Source: Bdellovibrionales bacterium
GTDB lineage: Bacteria > Bdellovibrionota > Bdellovibrionia > Bdellovibrionales > UBA1609
Length of the DNA: 64,000 bases
Direction of reading: 5' to 3'
NCBI GenBank assembly: GCA_965219095.1
Contig: CBDCMT010000001.1
Span: forward strand, 1,600,001-1,664,000
This document shows positions 32,134-42,993 of the stretch, piece after piece; the first letter of the stretch is position 1; every line of letters starts with the position of its first letter. The translations under genes were made by a program, and so were the position numbers. The notes beneath the pieces were generated by a model. The model saw nothing but the letters and a program-made list of their open reading frames with translations, searched no databases and had not been told where the DNA came from.

Positions 32134-33906
32134 ATGAAGAAACCAGTCCTTTATATTGTATCTATCTTTTTTATTTCTTGTAGCCATACTTCTAAAACAA
32201 AACTAAGCCTTAAAAAACAACCCAACCTTATTTATAAAAAAGGGGCGGTTGAAAAAGACTTTCATTTTCTTTTAGGAAACATGCATAGTTATAAAAACGA
32301 AAACTATAAAGCCTCTAAACATTTTCAAAAAGCTTTAAATCATTCTAAATCATCTAAGCTCTCTGAACAAAATGTTATAAAAATAAATTTAGCTAAAGAG
32401 CATTTGAACAATAACCTCATAAATAAAGCTCTTCCTCTTTTACAGGAGGTTGTTAAAACTGATCCTAAAAACAAACAAGCTTGGCTTTTACTATCTTTTG
32501 TATACTTAGAACTGGAATTTTACAAGGAAAGCTTAGATAGCTATAAAATTCTTTTGAAACAAAACCCCTATGATCAAGAAGTAATCAAGGGCTATATGTT
32601 AACTCTTTTGAAAGCAAAGCATTATAAGAAGCTATTCAAAACTCTTTCAAGCTACATAAAAAATCCTAAGTTAAAAAAATATCGCCATGAGTATTATCAT
32701 ATAAAAGCTTTGTCTTACCATCAAAGTGATAAAAAAAGGAAGGCTTATCTTATTGAAAAGAATCTTCGATCCGCTGTTCGATTGAAGCCTGATTTTTTAC
32801 CCAGTGTAGGAGTTTTAAACAGCCTTTATAACGATAAAAAACAGTTTAAAAAGCAAGAAATGCTTTTAGAAAAATACTTAAAAGCTAAAAAATGGTCTGA
32901 CTTACATATAGGTTTAGAACTTTTAGAACTTTATAGGCAAAGGAAAAAAAACCAAAAAGCTCTAAAAGTTCTCTTTCAGTTAAAGAAGGCCTTCCCTGAG
33001 AACAAAGATCTTTTGTTCCATAAGATCATTCTATTAGTCAATATGAATCAAATGAAACAAGCTCTTTTAGAAGTAGAGGAGTTCTCAAAAGCTTACCCAA
33101 AGGACGTTAAAAATCAACAGCTTTTTGTCTTTATTTATTTAAAATTTCATCAACTAGAAAAAGCTATAAAGACTTTATCTCAACTCAACAAAAAGCATAT
33201 AAATTATGAAAATGCCTTATGGATGGTTGTGAATCATTTAGTAGAGAAGAAGAAACAAAAAAAAGCTCTTTTTCTTTTAAAGAGGAACCTAAAACACTTT
33301 AAAACAACCCATTCTTTTCTCCACTATGGAATTTTACTATCACTTGAAAGAGAGTATAAGAAATCCCTCAAAGTGATACAAAAAGGACTTAAAGAATTTC
33401 CTAAGGATGAGGAGCTCTTATTTTATATGGGAAATTTACACAGTCAAAACGGTGAATTTCATCAGATGGTCAAAACAATAGAAAAAGTTTTAGAACTAAA
33501 CCCTAATCACTTTCAAGCTCTTAATTACTTAGCCTACTCCCTGGCAGATAAAAATCTACAGATAGACAGAGCGTTTCAAATGGCTAAAAAGGCTTTGCTT
33601 CTATCTCCTGATAACGGTTACATTTTAGATACAGTAGGCTGGATTTTATATAAAAAAGGCGAGTTTCGAGAAGCAAAATTCTACCTTGAGAAGGCTGTTA
33701 AAAAAGAGCCTAAAGAAGCTCTTATTTTAGAGCATTTAGGGGACGTTTATGTTCAGCTAAATTATATTCAAAAAGCCATTGACATTTATAAAAAAGCTCT
33801 TGTATTAGAATCTGATGATGAAAGAAAAGTACTCATTAAAAATAAGCTATCAAGTTCCTTGTCTAAAGCAGAAAGCATCAGAACACCTGCGGGTCAAAGC
33901 CCTTAA
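32134..33906 (+). CDS. Tetratricopeptide-repeat lipoprotein
   Basis: Lipobox FFISC; many TPRs; ALNYLAYSLAD...YILDTVGWILYK...ILEHLGDVY. Confidence 0.9.
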   Translation: MKKPVLYIVSIFFISCSHTSKTKLSLKKQPNLIYKKGAVEKDFHFLLGNMHSYKNENYKASKHFQKALNHSKSSKLSEQNVIKINLAKEHLNNNLINKALPLLQEVVKTDPKNKQAWLLLSFVYLELEFYKESLDSYKILLKQNPYDQEVIKGYMLTLLKAKHYKKLFKTLSSYIKNPKLKKYRHEYYHIKALSYHQSDKKRKAYLIEKNLRSAVRLKPDFLPSVGVLNSLYNDKKQFKKQEMLLEKYLKAKKWSDLHIGLELLELYRQRKKNQKALKVLFQLKKAFPENKDLLFHKIILLVNMNQMKQALLEVEEFSKAYPKDVKNQQLFVFIYLKFHQLEKAIKTLSQLNKKHINYENALWMVVNHLVEKKKQKKALFLLKRNLKHFKTTHSFLHYGILLSLEREYKKSLKVIQKGLKEFPKDEELLFYMGNLHSQNGEFHQMVKTIEKVLELNPNHFQALNYLAYSLADKNLQIDRAFQMAKKALLLSPDNGYILDTVGWILYKKGEFREAKFYLEKAVKKEPKEALILEHLGDVYVQLNYIQKAIDIYKKALVLESDDERKVLIKNKLSSSLSKAESIRTPAGQSP

Positions 33907-34483
33907 AATTTTATCTCTATTTTTTTTCTTTATCTCTTGTGCTCATAGTACTGTTTTAAATATGAAAGATCTTCGTTTTGCAAAGCTGGAAGCCTCTCTT
34001 AACATCCGTTTGTCATCTAAAGAGATGAATTTTTCAAGTTTGATTTATTTAGAGAAAGAAAGGGGAATGAGAATCGATATATTAGGTCCCTTCCATTTGC
34101 TTTTAGTTTCTGTGATTTCTTATAAAAAATCCCTCTCTCTTATCGACTGGAAAGAGAAGAAAGTATATGAAAATAAAAAAGCAAAAGAAAAAATGAAGTC
34201 CTTTCTAGGCCTTTATATACCGCCTTTTTTCATAGAGTCGATCTTATGGCAGAACGTTCAAGCCTTTAAATCATGGAAATGTAAAAAAGAGAAGGAAAAA
34301 CTAAAAAGTTGTAAGAAAAAATCATTAAAGGTTGTTTGGAAATTTCAATCTTCAACTTTAAAGGGGGTTTCCATACAATCTCTTAAACCCGATGTTAATG
34401 TGGATATTGACATCGAAAAAATCAAGACAAAAGTCTTTAAAAAGGCTTTTCTCAGACCTTCTTATTTTCAAAGTATTTTCTAG
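33815..34483 (+). CDS. LolB/DUF4292-like lipoprotein (true start uncertain, near 33885)
   Basis: Lipobox FFISC; MRIDILGPF; follows the TPR gene as in the TPR-lolB arrangement. Confidence 0.6.
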   Translation: MMKEKYSLKISYQVPCLKQKASEHLRVKALKILSLFFFFISCAHSTVLNMKDLRFAKLEASLNIRLSSKEMNFSSLIYLEKERGMRIDILGPFHLLLVSVISYKKSLSLIDWKEKKVYENKKAKEKMKSFLGLYIPPFFIESILWQNVQAFKSWKCKKEKEKLKSCKKKSLKVVWKFQSSTLKGVSIQSLKPDVNVDIDIEKIKTKVFKKAFLRPSYFQSIF

Positions 34484-34562
34484 TTTGTATAATAAAAGTA
34501 GTCTTGATTATAGTGATTTAACGAAAATTTTTGAATTATTGAAGGTTGAAGAAGGGATATTT

Positions 34563-36632
34563 ATGGCAATAGAGGATAAATCGAAAAGGCTTTCTCAAAA
34601 GGCTCTCTATTTAGAAGATAGTTACGAAAAACTTCATGTAACGTATTCTTTTCAAGAGTATTTAGATAAGGTAAAAATGCAAGCTCATTTAGCTAGAAAC
34701 TCTTTTCAAAGAATGTATGACATGATCAATCAGTACGGAAAGAAAGCCTATGAAGACGCTAAAAAAGAAGTGATTTCTTATCATTTTTTCCAAGATCCTT
34801 TTAAAAAAGGAAAAGACGCTGTTTTTGGTTTGGATGTTCCTTTAATGAAATTAGTTCACATACTTAAAGCCGCAGCTTTAGGTTATGGACCTGTGAAAAG
34901 AGTGATTTTGCTTCACGGACCTGTGGGAAGTGCGAAGTCAACAATTTGTCGTTTATTAAAGAAAGGTTTAGAGGTTTATTCTAGACAAGAACAGGGAGCT
35001 ATTTACACTTTTGATTGGATCGATGAAAAGGGAGAATTTGAAGATATTTTTGGAAAGGAAGTTCGCTATTTTAAAAATCCTATGAATGAAAATCCGCTTC
35101 TACTACTGCCTCTTGAAAAAAGAGAGGAGTTTTTAAGCTCTATCAAAAATAAAACACAGTGGCCCTTGGAAGTTCAAGGAGAACTTTGTCCTCCAAGCCA
35201 ACATATTTTCAAATCTTTAATGGTTCATTATAAGGGAGAGATTCATAAAGTTTTCGAGCATGTAAAGATGAGACGTTTTCTTCTCTCTGAAAAAGATCGC
35301 ATAGGTATTGGAACATTTCAACCTAAGGATGAAAAAAACCAAGACAGTACAGAACTTACAGGTGATATTAATTTCAGAAAAATTGTTCAGTACGGTTCTG
35401 ATTCTGATCCAAGAGCTTTTAACTTCGATGGTGAATTCAACATTGCCAATCGTGGGATGATTGAGTTTGTAGAGATGTTAAAACTAGATGTGGCCTTTTT
35501 ATATGACCTTCTTACAGCAAGCCAAGAACACATGATTAAGCCTAAAAAATTTGCTCAAACCTACATAGATGAAGTGATTATTGGTCATACTAATGAACCT
35601 GAATATCAGAAATTCATTGATAATGAGTTTATGGAAGCCCTTAGAGATAGAACGGTTAAAGTAGATATCCCTTATATTACAAAACTTGATGATGAAGTTA
35701 AAATTTATGAAAGAGATTTTAGTCAAAAGAAACTTAACCATCATAGTACAACACTCTACTTAGCTCCCCATTGTTTGGAAATGGTAGCTATGTGGTCTGT
35801 TCTAACACGTCTAGAAACTCCTAAGAAGAGTAACCTTGACCTTCTCAAGAAACTAAAACTCTATAATGGTGAACTTTTAAATCAGTTCACTCCCGATAAC
35901 GTAAAAGAACTAAGAAAGAGTGCTGAAAAAGAAGGTTTACATGGGATCTCTCCGCGCTACATTCAAGATAAAATTTCAAAGACTCTTGTCTTGTCTCAAG
36001 AATTGGGACACCAATGCATCACACCACCTATGCTGTTAAAAGAATTAGAGAGTGGTTTAAGGCATCACTCTTTAATTTCTAGTGAAGAGGTTAAGGATGA
36101 ATACATTAAACTTATCAAACAAGTAGAAAAAGAGTATAATTCCATTATTGAAAGAGAAGTGAGAGAATCATTTTGTTTTGATGATCATGCAGTTGATCAT
36201 CTCTTTCAAAGATATAAAGAAGAAGTTTTACAGTATTGTACTGGCAAAAGTTGTGATGAGAAGTTTATGCGTTCTATTGAAAATAAAATAGATATTAATG
36301 AGGTTCAAAAAAACGATTTTAGACAAGAAGTATCTAATTACGTAAAAAGCAATGAGGAAGAGGGGAATGGAAAGGGTCCTTTTAAAATAGATGGAAAGTT
36401 AAGGGAAGCTCTTGAGGCTAAGGACTATGAAGATAAAAAGGAAAGACTCAAGCAATATCTCTTAAAATCTGACCCTCAAGATTTTGAGTTAAAAGAGAAG
36501 GTAGAGTTAGCTAAAAAAAAATTAATTAAAGAATTTCATTATGATGAGATTTCAGCACCCTTAATTTTAGAACGTGTTTCCAACATTATATCCAAACAAC
36601 AATACAATCGTTCTAACAACATTTCATCGTGA
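34563..36632 (+). CDS. prkA: PrkA/YeaG-family serine protein kinase (AAA+)
   Basis: LHGPVGSAKST, DEKNQDSTELTG, DSDPRAF.FDGE.N.ANRG.IEFVE.LK. Confidence 0.93.
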   Translation: MAIEDKSKRLSQKALYLEDSYEKLHVTYSFQEYLDKVKMQAHLARNSFQRMYDMINQYGKKAYEDAKKEVISYHFFQDPFKKGKDAVFGLDVPLMKLVHILKAAALGYGPVKRVILLHGPVGSAKSTICRLLKKGLEVYSRQEQGAIYTFDWIDEKGEFEDIFGKEVRYFKNPMNENPLLLLPLEKREEFLSSIKNKTQWPLEVQGELCPPSQHIFKSLMVHYKGEIHKVFEHVKMRRFLLSEKDRIGIGTFQPKDEKNQDSTELTGDINFRKIVQYGSDSDPRAFNFDGEFNIANRGMIEFVEMLKLDVAFLYDLLTASQEHMIKPKKFAQTYIDEVIIGHTNEPEYQKFIDNEFMEALRDRTVKVDIPYITKLDDEVKIYERDFSQKKLNHHSTTLYLAPHCLEMVAMWSVLTRLETPKKSNLDLLKKLKLYNGELLNQFTPDNVKELRKSAEKEGLHGISPRYIQDKISKTLVLSQELGHQCITPPMLLKELESGLRHHSLISSEEVKDEYIKLIKQVEKEYNSIIEREVRESFCFDDHAVDHLFQRYKEEVLQYCTGKSCDEKFMRSIENKIDINEVQKNDFRQEVSNYVKSNEEEGNGKGPFKIDGKLREALEAKDYEDKKERLKQYLLKSDPQDFELKEKVELAKKKLIKEFHYDEISAPLILERVSNIISKQQYNRSNNISS

Positions 36633-37729
36633 GCCTTTCTCAAAATCATAGGCGCTTTTTAGATATTATAAAAAGGAAAATCAAAACAAATTTTAAAAAA
36701 TACATTTCAAGTGATCAGTTTATTGCTCGTTCCGGTTCAGATTTTGTACGTATTTCTATACCTGCTATCAATATACCTAAGTTAAAGTACGGTTTTAACA
36801 AAAAGAATTCTTTTTCATCCGAAGATGCAGATTCTGAAAAAAACGGCAACCGCTCACAAAAAGCAAAAAACCAAGCTGAAGCAGGCAAAGACCCTGGCAC
36901 TCATATTATGGATGTAGATGTTACATTTGATGATTTAGCTGATATTTTAAAGGAGGAATTGCAGCTTCCTAGAATACAACCTAAGGGGGCTAAACATGTG
37001 AAAACAGATACTCTTAAATACACTACACGAAGTTTGAAAGGAGCTATGAGTTTGAGACATAACAAAGAATCGTACAAACAGGCTCTCAAAAGAAGTCTTT
37101 TATTAAATAATTATGATGAAAAAGACCCTCTTATTGTACCAGAGAAAAGGGATTTACGTTTTAAATCCTACAAAAAACAAAAAAGTCCTAAATCTAATGT
37201 AGCTGTAATTTATATTATGGATGTTTCAGGATCTATGGGAGATGAGCAAAAAGAAATTGTTCGTATTGAGAGCTTTTGGCTCAATACGTGGTTGAAGAAA
37301 AACTATCAAGACATAGAAACACGTTTTATCATTCACGATTCTCAGGCTAAGGAGGTAGATGAAGAGACTTTTTTTAGAACTAGCGAATCAGGGGGGACTT
37401 TGATTAGTTCTTCTTATAAACTCTGCCGTGATATTATAGAGAAAGATTATCCTGTGTCGGATTGGAACGTTTATCCTTTTCATTTTAGCGATGGTGATAA
37501 TTGGAGCGGTGAAGATACAAGATTTTGTTTAAAAGTTTTAAGGGAGTATTTTTTGAAAAGAGTCAATATGTTTGGCTACGGACAGGTTGAGAGCAAATAT
37601 GGAAGTGGTCAATTTGCTAGAGACTTAGAAAAAGAATTTCAAGACGAAGAGAAAATCATTATCAGTAGAATCGAAAACAAAGAAAAAATTGTTGATTCCA
37701 TTAGAGATTTTTTTAAAAAAGGCTACTAG
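36629..37729 (+). CDS. YeaH/YhbH (DUF444) vWA-type protein
   Basis: IMDVSGSM, FF...ESGGT.ISS, YPFHFSDGDNW; prkA operon. Confidence 0.92.
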   Translation: MSLSQNHRRFLDIIKRKIKTNFKKYISSDQFIARSGSDFVRISIPAINIPKLKYGFNKKNSFSSEDADSEKNGNRSQKAKNQAEAGKDPGTHIMDVDVTFDDLADILKEELQLPRIQPKGAKHVKTDTLKYTTRSLKGAMSLRHNKESYKQALKRSLLLNNYDEKDPLIVPEKRDLRFKSYKKQKSPKSNVAVIYIMDVSGSMGDEQKEIVRIESFWLNTWLKKNYQDIETRFIIHDSQAKEVDEETFFRTSESGGTLISSSYKLCRDIIEKDYPVSDWNVYPFHFSDGDNWSGEDTRFCLKVLREYFLKRVNMFGYGQVESKYGSGQFARDLEKEFQDEEKIIISRIENKEKIVDSIRDFFKKGY

Positions 37730-37734
37730 AAAAA

Positions 37735-39015
37735 ATGGCAAAATTAACCCCTGAACTAGAAAGTTATCGCAAACGTATAGAAAACCTTGCTAAAGAGTAT
37801 GGACTTTCTTTTTTTGATACGATTTTTGAACTTGTTGATTACGAACAAATGAGAAAACTTGCTTCCTATGAAGGCTTTTACGCTCGCTATCCTCATTGGC
37901 GTTTTGGCATGAACTATCATAGGTTTTTAAAAAGTGATGAGTATGGACTTTCTAAAATCTATGAACTTGTTATTAACCATGACCCCTGCTATGCTTATCT
38001 TTTAGAGAGCAATCAAATTCTTGATCAGAAGCTTGTTATGGCTCATGTTTTTGGACATTCTGACTTCTTTAAAAATAACAAATGGTTTTCTCATACCAAT
38101 AGAAAAATGAGTGAAATTATGAAAGATTATCATGATCGAGTCTGCCGTTTTATTGAGCAACATGGTTATGAAAAAGTAGAAAAAGCTATTGATCACTTTT
38201 TAGTTTTAGAGAATCTCATTGATCGTTACGCTCCTTATAGATTAAAGGATAAACTCTCTGAAAAACCAGAAAGGCCAGAAAAGCCAGAAAAATTAGAAGA
38301 ACCCATAAAGGATATTTTATTATTTCTTATACACCATGGAAAACTAAAAGATTGGGAAGTTGATCTTTTGTGTATAGTACGAGATGAAGCTTATTATTTC
38401 GCCCCTCAGTACATGACAAAAGTCATTAACGAAGGCTGGGCTTCTTATTGGCATTCTAAATTTATGACAGAAAAGCTTATCAGCCATAAAGAGATTGTAG
38501 ATTTCGCTGGAAGGCACAGCTCAGCTACAGCTATGCAAGCCCCTCAGTTTAACCCTTATAAAGTAGGTTTAGCATTGTTTCGCTATATAGAAGAAACTTC
38601 AGAAAGTGACAGTCAACCTAAAAAGGGACAGGAAAAGATCTTTGAGATTCGAAAAAACTATAATGATGCTACTTTTATTAACGAATTTTTAACAAAAGAA
38701 TTTTGTCAGAAGTTTCACATTCCTTTTCCAAAAGATCCAAGAATAGATCCAGAACTTTCTTTCAGAAGATGGAAAGAGCAAATTTTAAGTCAATTGTTTA
38801 ACTCAGGCCATCCTTTAGTACAGCTTATTGATTGTGATTACAAGGGGGGAGAACTTTTGATAGAGCATGTTCATGAAGGTTTCGACTTAGAGATTCAATC
38901 CGTAAAAAAATGTCTTGAAAGTTTATTTTTTACGTGGAAAAAACCCATATCGATCAAAACAAAACAAAACAAGGAAGATAAAATTTTGTGTTTTGATGGA
39001 AAAGAGTATAAATGA
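37735..39015 (+). CDS. spoVR: SpoVR/YcgB-family protein
   Basis: RYPHWRFG, IYELVIN.DPCYAYL, AHVFGHSDFFKNN, NEGWASYWH. Confidence 0.93.
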   Translation: MAKLTPELESYRKRIENLAKEYGLSFFDTIFELVDYEQMRKLASYEGFYARYPHWRFGMNYHRFLKSDEYGLSKIYELVINHDPCYAYLLESNQILDQKLVMAHVFGHSDFFKNNKWFSHTNRKMSEIMKDYHDRVCRFIEQHGYEKVEKAIDHFLVLENLIDRYAPYRLKDKLSEKPERPEKPEKLEEPIKDILLFLIHHGKLKDWEVDLLCIVRDEAYYFAPQYMTKVINEGWASYWHSKFMTEKLISHKEIVDFAGRHSSATAMQAPQFNPYKVGLALFRYIEETSESDSQPKKGQEKIFEIRKNYNDATFINEFLTKEFCQKFHIPFPKDPRIDPELSFRRWKEQILSQLFNSGHPLVQLIDCDYKGGELLIEHVHEGFDLEIQSVKKCLESLFFTWKKPISIKTKQNKEDKILCFDGKEYK

Positions 39016-39100
39016 GTTCACAAAGTTTTAAAAACAAGGCCAAAGATCAGATTGACGAATTTTTACTTTACCCTTACATTAAAGAAAGAGGAGAGGGATT

Positions 39101-39529
39101 ATGAAAAATGAAGGTGTATTTCAAATTATGAACGAAATTTTAGAACATGAACTATCCGGTGTTGTGCGTTATACTCATTACTCTTTAATGGTGTTTGGCT
39201 ACAACCGTATTCCTATTGTTTCTTGGCTTCGTTCACAAGCCAACGAATCTTTAACACACGCTCAACAAATAGGAGAACATATTACAACTTTAGGAGGACA
39301 TCCCTCTTTAAAGATCAGTCCTCTTTTGGAAACACATAAGCATAGTATAGAAGATATTTTAAAGGAAAGTTTAGAGCATGAGCAAAAACAACTTGCTTTG
39401 TACTATCAACTTCTTAAAATGACAGGGAATCGAATCACTTGGTTAGAAGATTACACAAGAAATTTAATCCTTGAAGAAGAAACGCATATTTCAGAAGTAG
39501 AAAAAATGCTCAAAAAACCTGGTTCATAG
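39101..39529 (+). CDS. Bacterioferritin/ferritin-like protein
   Basis: E..G...Y, E...H, E.E, EEE.H di-iron ligand pattern. Confidence 0.88.
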   Translation: MKNEGVFQIMNEILEHELSGVVRYTHYSLMVFGYNRIPIVSWLRSQANESLTHAQQIGEHITTLGGHPSLKISPLLETHKHSIEDILKESLEHEQKQLALYYQLLKMTGNRITWLEDYTRNLILEEETHISEVEKMLKKPGS

Positions 39530-39730
39530 AACTTGTAATTTGAATTATAATCTCTTGATATTAGAAATAAAACTTCACTGGATTCTTAGCAAGGAAGCTT
39601 TAAATTTGAAAATTTTACAAAAATTTTTAAAATTAAAAAATATAAAGTGGATTTTTTAGGCTTGTTAGCAATGGGCATGATACACTATACTTATGAAATA
39701 TTGTATTAAAATTAAAGTAAGGTTTTTGTT

Positions 39731-40555
39731 ATGAATTATAAATGCAAGTACCGAAAAAATCGTTATTATTTTACGAAATTTAAAACTTTCATTTTATTCC
39801 TCAGCTTCCTAAGCTTTATCTCATGGACAACTCTTTTACAACCATCCATAGCTGTTGCACAAAAATCAGAATTAACTCAAAAACATCATGAGTTAAAGCA
39901 GTTGTTAGAAGATTCAATTAAACAAATGGCACAGAACAACGTATTTCATGGGCCGTATATCCCTAAAGATATCCATGGTTTTTTTATATTTACAATCAGT
40001 CTTTTATCAAATGATTCTGTAATTCAATTCTATATTCATGAATGGAAGAAATGGATTCAAACTCTGATTAGAATAGGAAATTCCAGTGTTCATTCTTATA
40101 TTGTAAAATCTATTTTACAAAAAGAATCTGTAATTCAACAATACCCAGAAAATTGGATGAAGTGGGTTCAAACTCTGATTAGAGGAAGGTATAATGATAG
40201 TTCTAAAGACGATTCTCTATTTATAACTTTTAAAGATTTCAAGGTCCTTATGGATATTGTAAATCTTTTATCAAATGATTTTGTGATTCAAAAATCTGAT
40301 ATGTGGGCTAAGTTAGTTAAAGAGCTGATAAAAAAATCAAAACCTTATATTCTTCTTCAAGAAAATATTATAGATAAGGTTTTATCAAAACAATTGGCTA
40401 TGGCACATCCTCAATGGTTGACGTTTATTAGGATATTGAGAAGGAAAGGAGATAGTGAGATTCTAAGAATGACTAAAGAACTCCTCTTAAAACATAAAGC
40501 TGAGAAAAAAAGCAAATCTGTTTCTGAAAACTTATGTAAAATACTTTTTTCTTGA
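39731..40555 (+). CDS. Hypothetical secreted helical-repeat protein
   Basis: Signal/TM segment; repeated LLS...VIQ....W.KW.QTLI.G units; C-terminal CKILFS. Confidence 0.7.
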   Translation: MNYKCKYRKNRYYFTKFKTFILFLSFLSFISWTTLLQPSIAVAQKSELTQKHHELKQLLEDSIKQMAQNNVFHGPYIPKDIHGFFIFTISLLSNDSVIQFYIHEWKKWIQTLIRIGNSSVHSYIVKSILQKESVIQQYPENWMKWVQTLIRGRYNDSSKDDSLFITFKDFKVLMDIVNLLSNDFVIQKSDMWAKLVKELIKKSKPYILLQENIIDKVLSKQLAMAHPQWLTFIRILRRKGDSEILRMTKELLLKHKAEKKSKSVSENLCKILFS

Positions 40556-40767
40556 GTTAGATTTGTGATCCAATCAAACAGCCTAAAAAGGTAATGACAA
40601 GCTGAGAAAAAATAAATCGTTGATAAAAACCTGTAAAAATTACAATCAAAACCTCTTTAGCTTCAATTTTTTCTCCAAAACTATATAAAAAAATTCATAA
40701 TAAGGCTCCTTTTTTTCTTTTTTACAAAAAGAAAAAAAGGAGGTGGATTATTTCGATTCTTTGTAAT

Positions 40768-42993
40768 ATGATGTTTTTCGTAATTATGAAGAATCTGTTT
40801 AAAACATCACTTATTATTTCTTTGTTAAACACTCTTATATTAACACATGCATTACAAGGCCATGAAACTTATGAGGGAACACAAGAAATGCCTACTACTG
40901 CTACATCCATTACACAAAAACAAAAGACTCTTACAACATGTGAGCAGTTTAGTGAAGTATGGACCAATTGGGACCGAATGCCTTTCGGTCCGGCTATTAT
41001 AAATCTTGCTAATATGCGAGACCAATTAAATCACAAAAACCTTTTCGATCCTTATAAAGAGTTACCACAAACCCTAAGCAACGGAAAACCTATTGAATGT
41101 GATGAACACTCTAAGAAAGCTCGCACCGATAATGGAACTTGCAATAATCTTAAAAGTCCTTCCATGGGAGCTAAACAAATGGCTTTTGGGCGAAATGTTC
41201 CTTTAAATAAAATCGTAAGAACAGGAGAAGAAAAACTTTACTACCCCAATCCCGTAACTATCAGTCAAGAACTTTTAGAAAGAGACACTTTTAAACCTGT
41301 TTTATTTTTAAACTTTTTGATCACAAGTTGGCTTCAGTTTATGAACCATGACTGGGTTTTTCACGGAAAAAATGTGAAAGAAAATCCCTATACTTTTCAT
41401 AAATACCTTACAACTATGAAAACTCTTGAGGAGGCAGCAGAAAACCCCTCTTCTCAGAAGAGTCAAGAATTGTATAAAATTTTAATTCCTCGGACACAAG
41501 TTGATCCTCAACTTCAAAAAGAAAGACACTCTTCTGTTCCTGAAAATAAAATTTATCGCAATGCTGTGACCCACTGGTGGGATGGATCTCAAATTTATGG
41601 TAGCGACACTGAAACTTTGAAAACCATACGTTCTTATAAAAACGGCAAGATGATTATTGAAGATGAAGGACTTCTTCCTTTAGGAGAAGACCATATAGAA
41701 AAAGTAGGATTCAAAGACAACTGGTGGGTGGGCTTAAGTATGCTCCACCATCTTTTTGTTATGGAACATAACTCCATAGCTGAAATGCTCCAAAAACATT
41801 ATCCCTCTTGGAATGATCAAAAACTGTATGATACAGCTCGTTTGATCAACGCTGCTGTTATGGCTAAAATTCATACTGTAGAGTGGACTCCTGCTATTCT
41901 CCCTAACCCTGTTTTACAAGTAGGAATGGAGACCAACTGGTCAGGAGCTTTGAATCCTAAAACCCAATTAATTTTAAGTGAAATTATGACTTCAGATGAA
42001 ACTCTTTTCCTTTGTAAAGAAGACGTTAATCCTGTGTTAAAAAGCTTAAGAAAACTTGCTGGTTCTGCCTTAGGAAATTGGATGTCTCAATATGAAGAAA
42101 AAGCTGATCATGGTGAAAATACTGTAGGACTTCATCCTATTCTTATAGGAATGGTGGGAGGAAATACTGAACTTTTTGATGTTCCCTACACCCTTACAGA
42201 AGAATTTGTAGCTGTCTACCGTATGCATCCTCTTCTTCCAGAAGAATTACAAGTCATTGACTTTGATACAGGAAAAACGGAGGTAGTTCCTCTTAACGAA
42301 ACAAGACATGAAAAATCTATGAACCTTATAAAAAGACAAGGTTTAAAAAATCTTTTTTATTCCTTTGGACGAACTCATCCTGGAGCTTTAAGTTTAAAAA
42401 ATTATCCTAAATTTATGACTAACATTCAAGTTCCTGAGAATCCCTCAGGAACACGAACTATTGATATGGCGATGACTGACATTTTACGGGATAGAGAAAG
42501 AGGAGTTCTTCGTTACAACAACTTTCGTAGAGCTATTGGGCTAAAACCTATTCGAAAATTTGAAGATCTGTTTATGGATGAAAATCGTCCTGAAACTTTT
42601 AAAAATTTAGAAAGCAAAGAAAACCAAAATCTTTTAGCCACATTAAAAAAAGTTTATGACAATGATGTGGAACAAATCGACCTTCTTGTGGGAACTTTAG
42701 GAGAACAAATCCGCCCCCAAAATTTTGGTTTTGGTGAAACAGCTTTTCAAATTTTTATTCTAATGGCTACTCGAAGACTGCAAGCGGATCGCTTTTTCAC
42801 AGAAGATTACACAGCAGAAATTTATACTCAAGAAGGTTTGGATTGGATCGACACCACTAGTATGAAGAAAGTTCTTTTAAGACATTTTCCTTCCTTGAAT
42901 TCTGCCTTAGAAGGAGTTAAAAACGCTTTTAATCCATGGAACAACATTCACAACAAAAAAGAGAGAAAGAGGCTGAAAAATGAAAAATTTTAA
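40768..42993 (+). CDS. Secreted heme peroxidase of the peroxidase-cyclooxygenase superfamily (alpha-dioxygenase-like)
   Basis: WLQFMNHDW, THWWDGSQIYGS, KIHTVEWTPAIL, EEFVAVYRMHPLLP, RDRERG..RYN.FRR; signal peptide. Confidence 0.92.
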   Translation: MMFFVIMKNLFKTSLIISLLNTLILTHALQGHETYEGTQEMPTTATSITQKQKTLTTCEQFSEVWTNWDRMPFGPAIINLANMRDQLNHKNLFDPYKELPQTLSNGKPIECDEHSKKARTDNGTCNNLKSPSMGAKQMAFGRNVPLNKIVRTGEEKLYYPNPVTISQELLERDTFKPVLFLNFLITSWLQFMNHDWVFHGKNVKENPYTFHKYLTTMKTLEEAAENPSSQKSQELYKILIPRTQVDPQLQKERHSSVPENKIYRNAVTHWWDGSQIYGSDTETLKTIRSYKNGKMIIEDEGLLPLGEDHIEKVGFKDNWWVGLSMLHHLFVMEHNSIAEMLQKHYPSWNDQKLYDTARLINAAVMAKIHTVEWTPAILPNPVLQVGMETNWSGALNPKTQLILSEIMTSDETLFLCKEDVNPVLKSLRKLAGSALGNWMSQYEEKADHGENTVGLHPILIGMVGGNTELFDVPYTLTEEFVAVYRMHPLLPEELQVIDFDTGKTEVVPLNETRHEKSMNLIKRQGLKNLFYSFGRTHPGALSLKNYPKFMTNIQVPENPSGTRTIDMAMTDILRDRERGVLRYNNFRRAIGLKPIRKFEDLFMDENRPETFKNLESKENQNLLATLKKVYDNDVEQIDLLVGTLGEQIRPQNFGFGETAFQIFILMATRRLQADRFFTEDYTAEIYTQEGLDWIDTTSMKKVLLRHFPSLNSALEGVKNAFNPWNNIHNKKERKRLKNEKF

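Noticed and set aside
34392..34562. 57-aa N-terminal extension of PrkA
   Set aside because: It overlaps the upstream gene; the ATG at 34563 has an RBS-like GAAGGGA.
32134..39529. prkA-yeaH-spoVR cluster as a novel system
   Set aside because: It is a well-known, widely conserved three-gene module; nothing unusual was seen.
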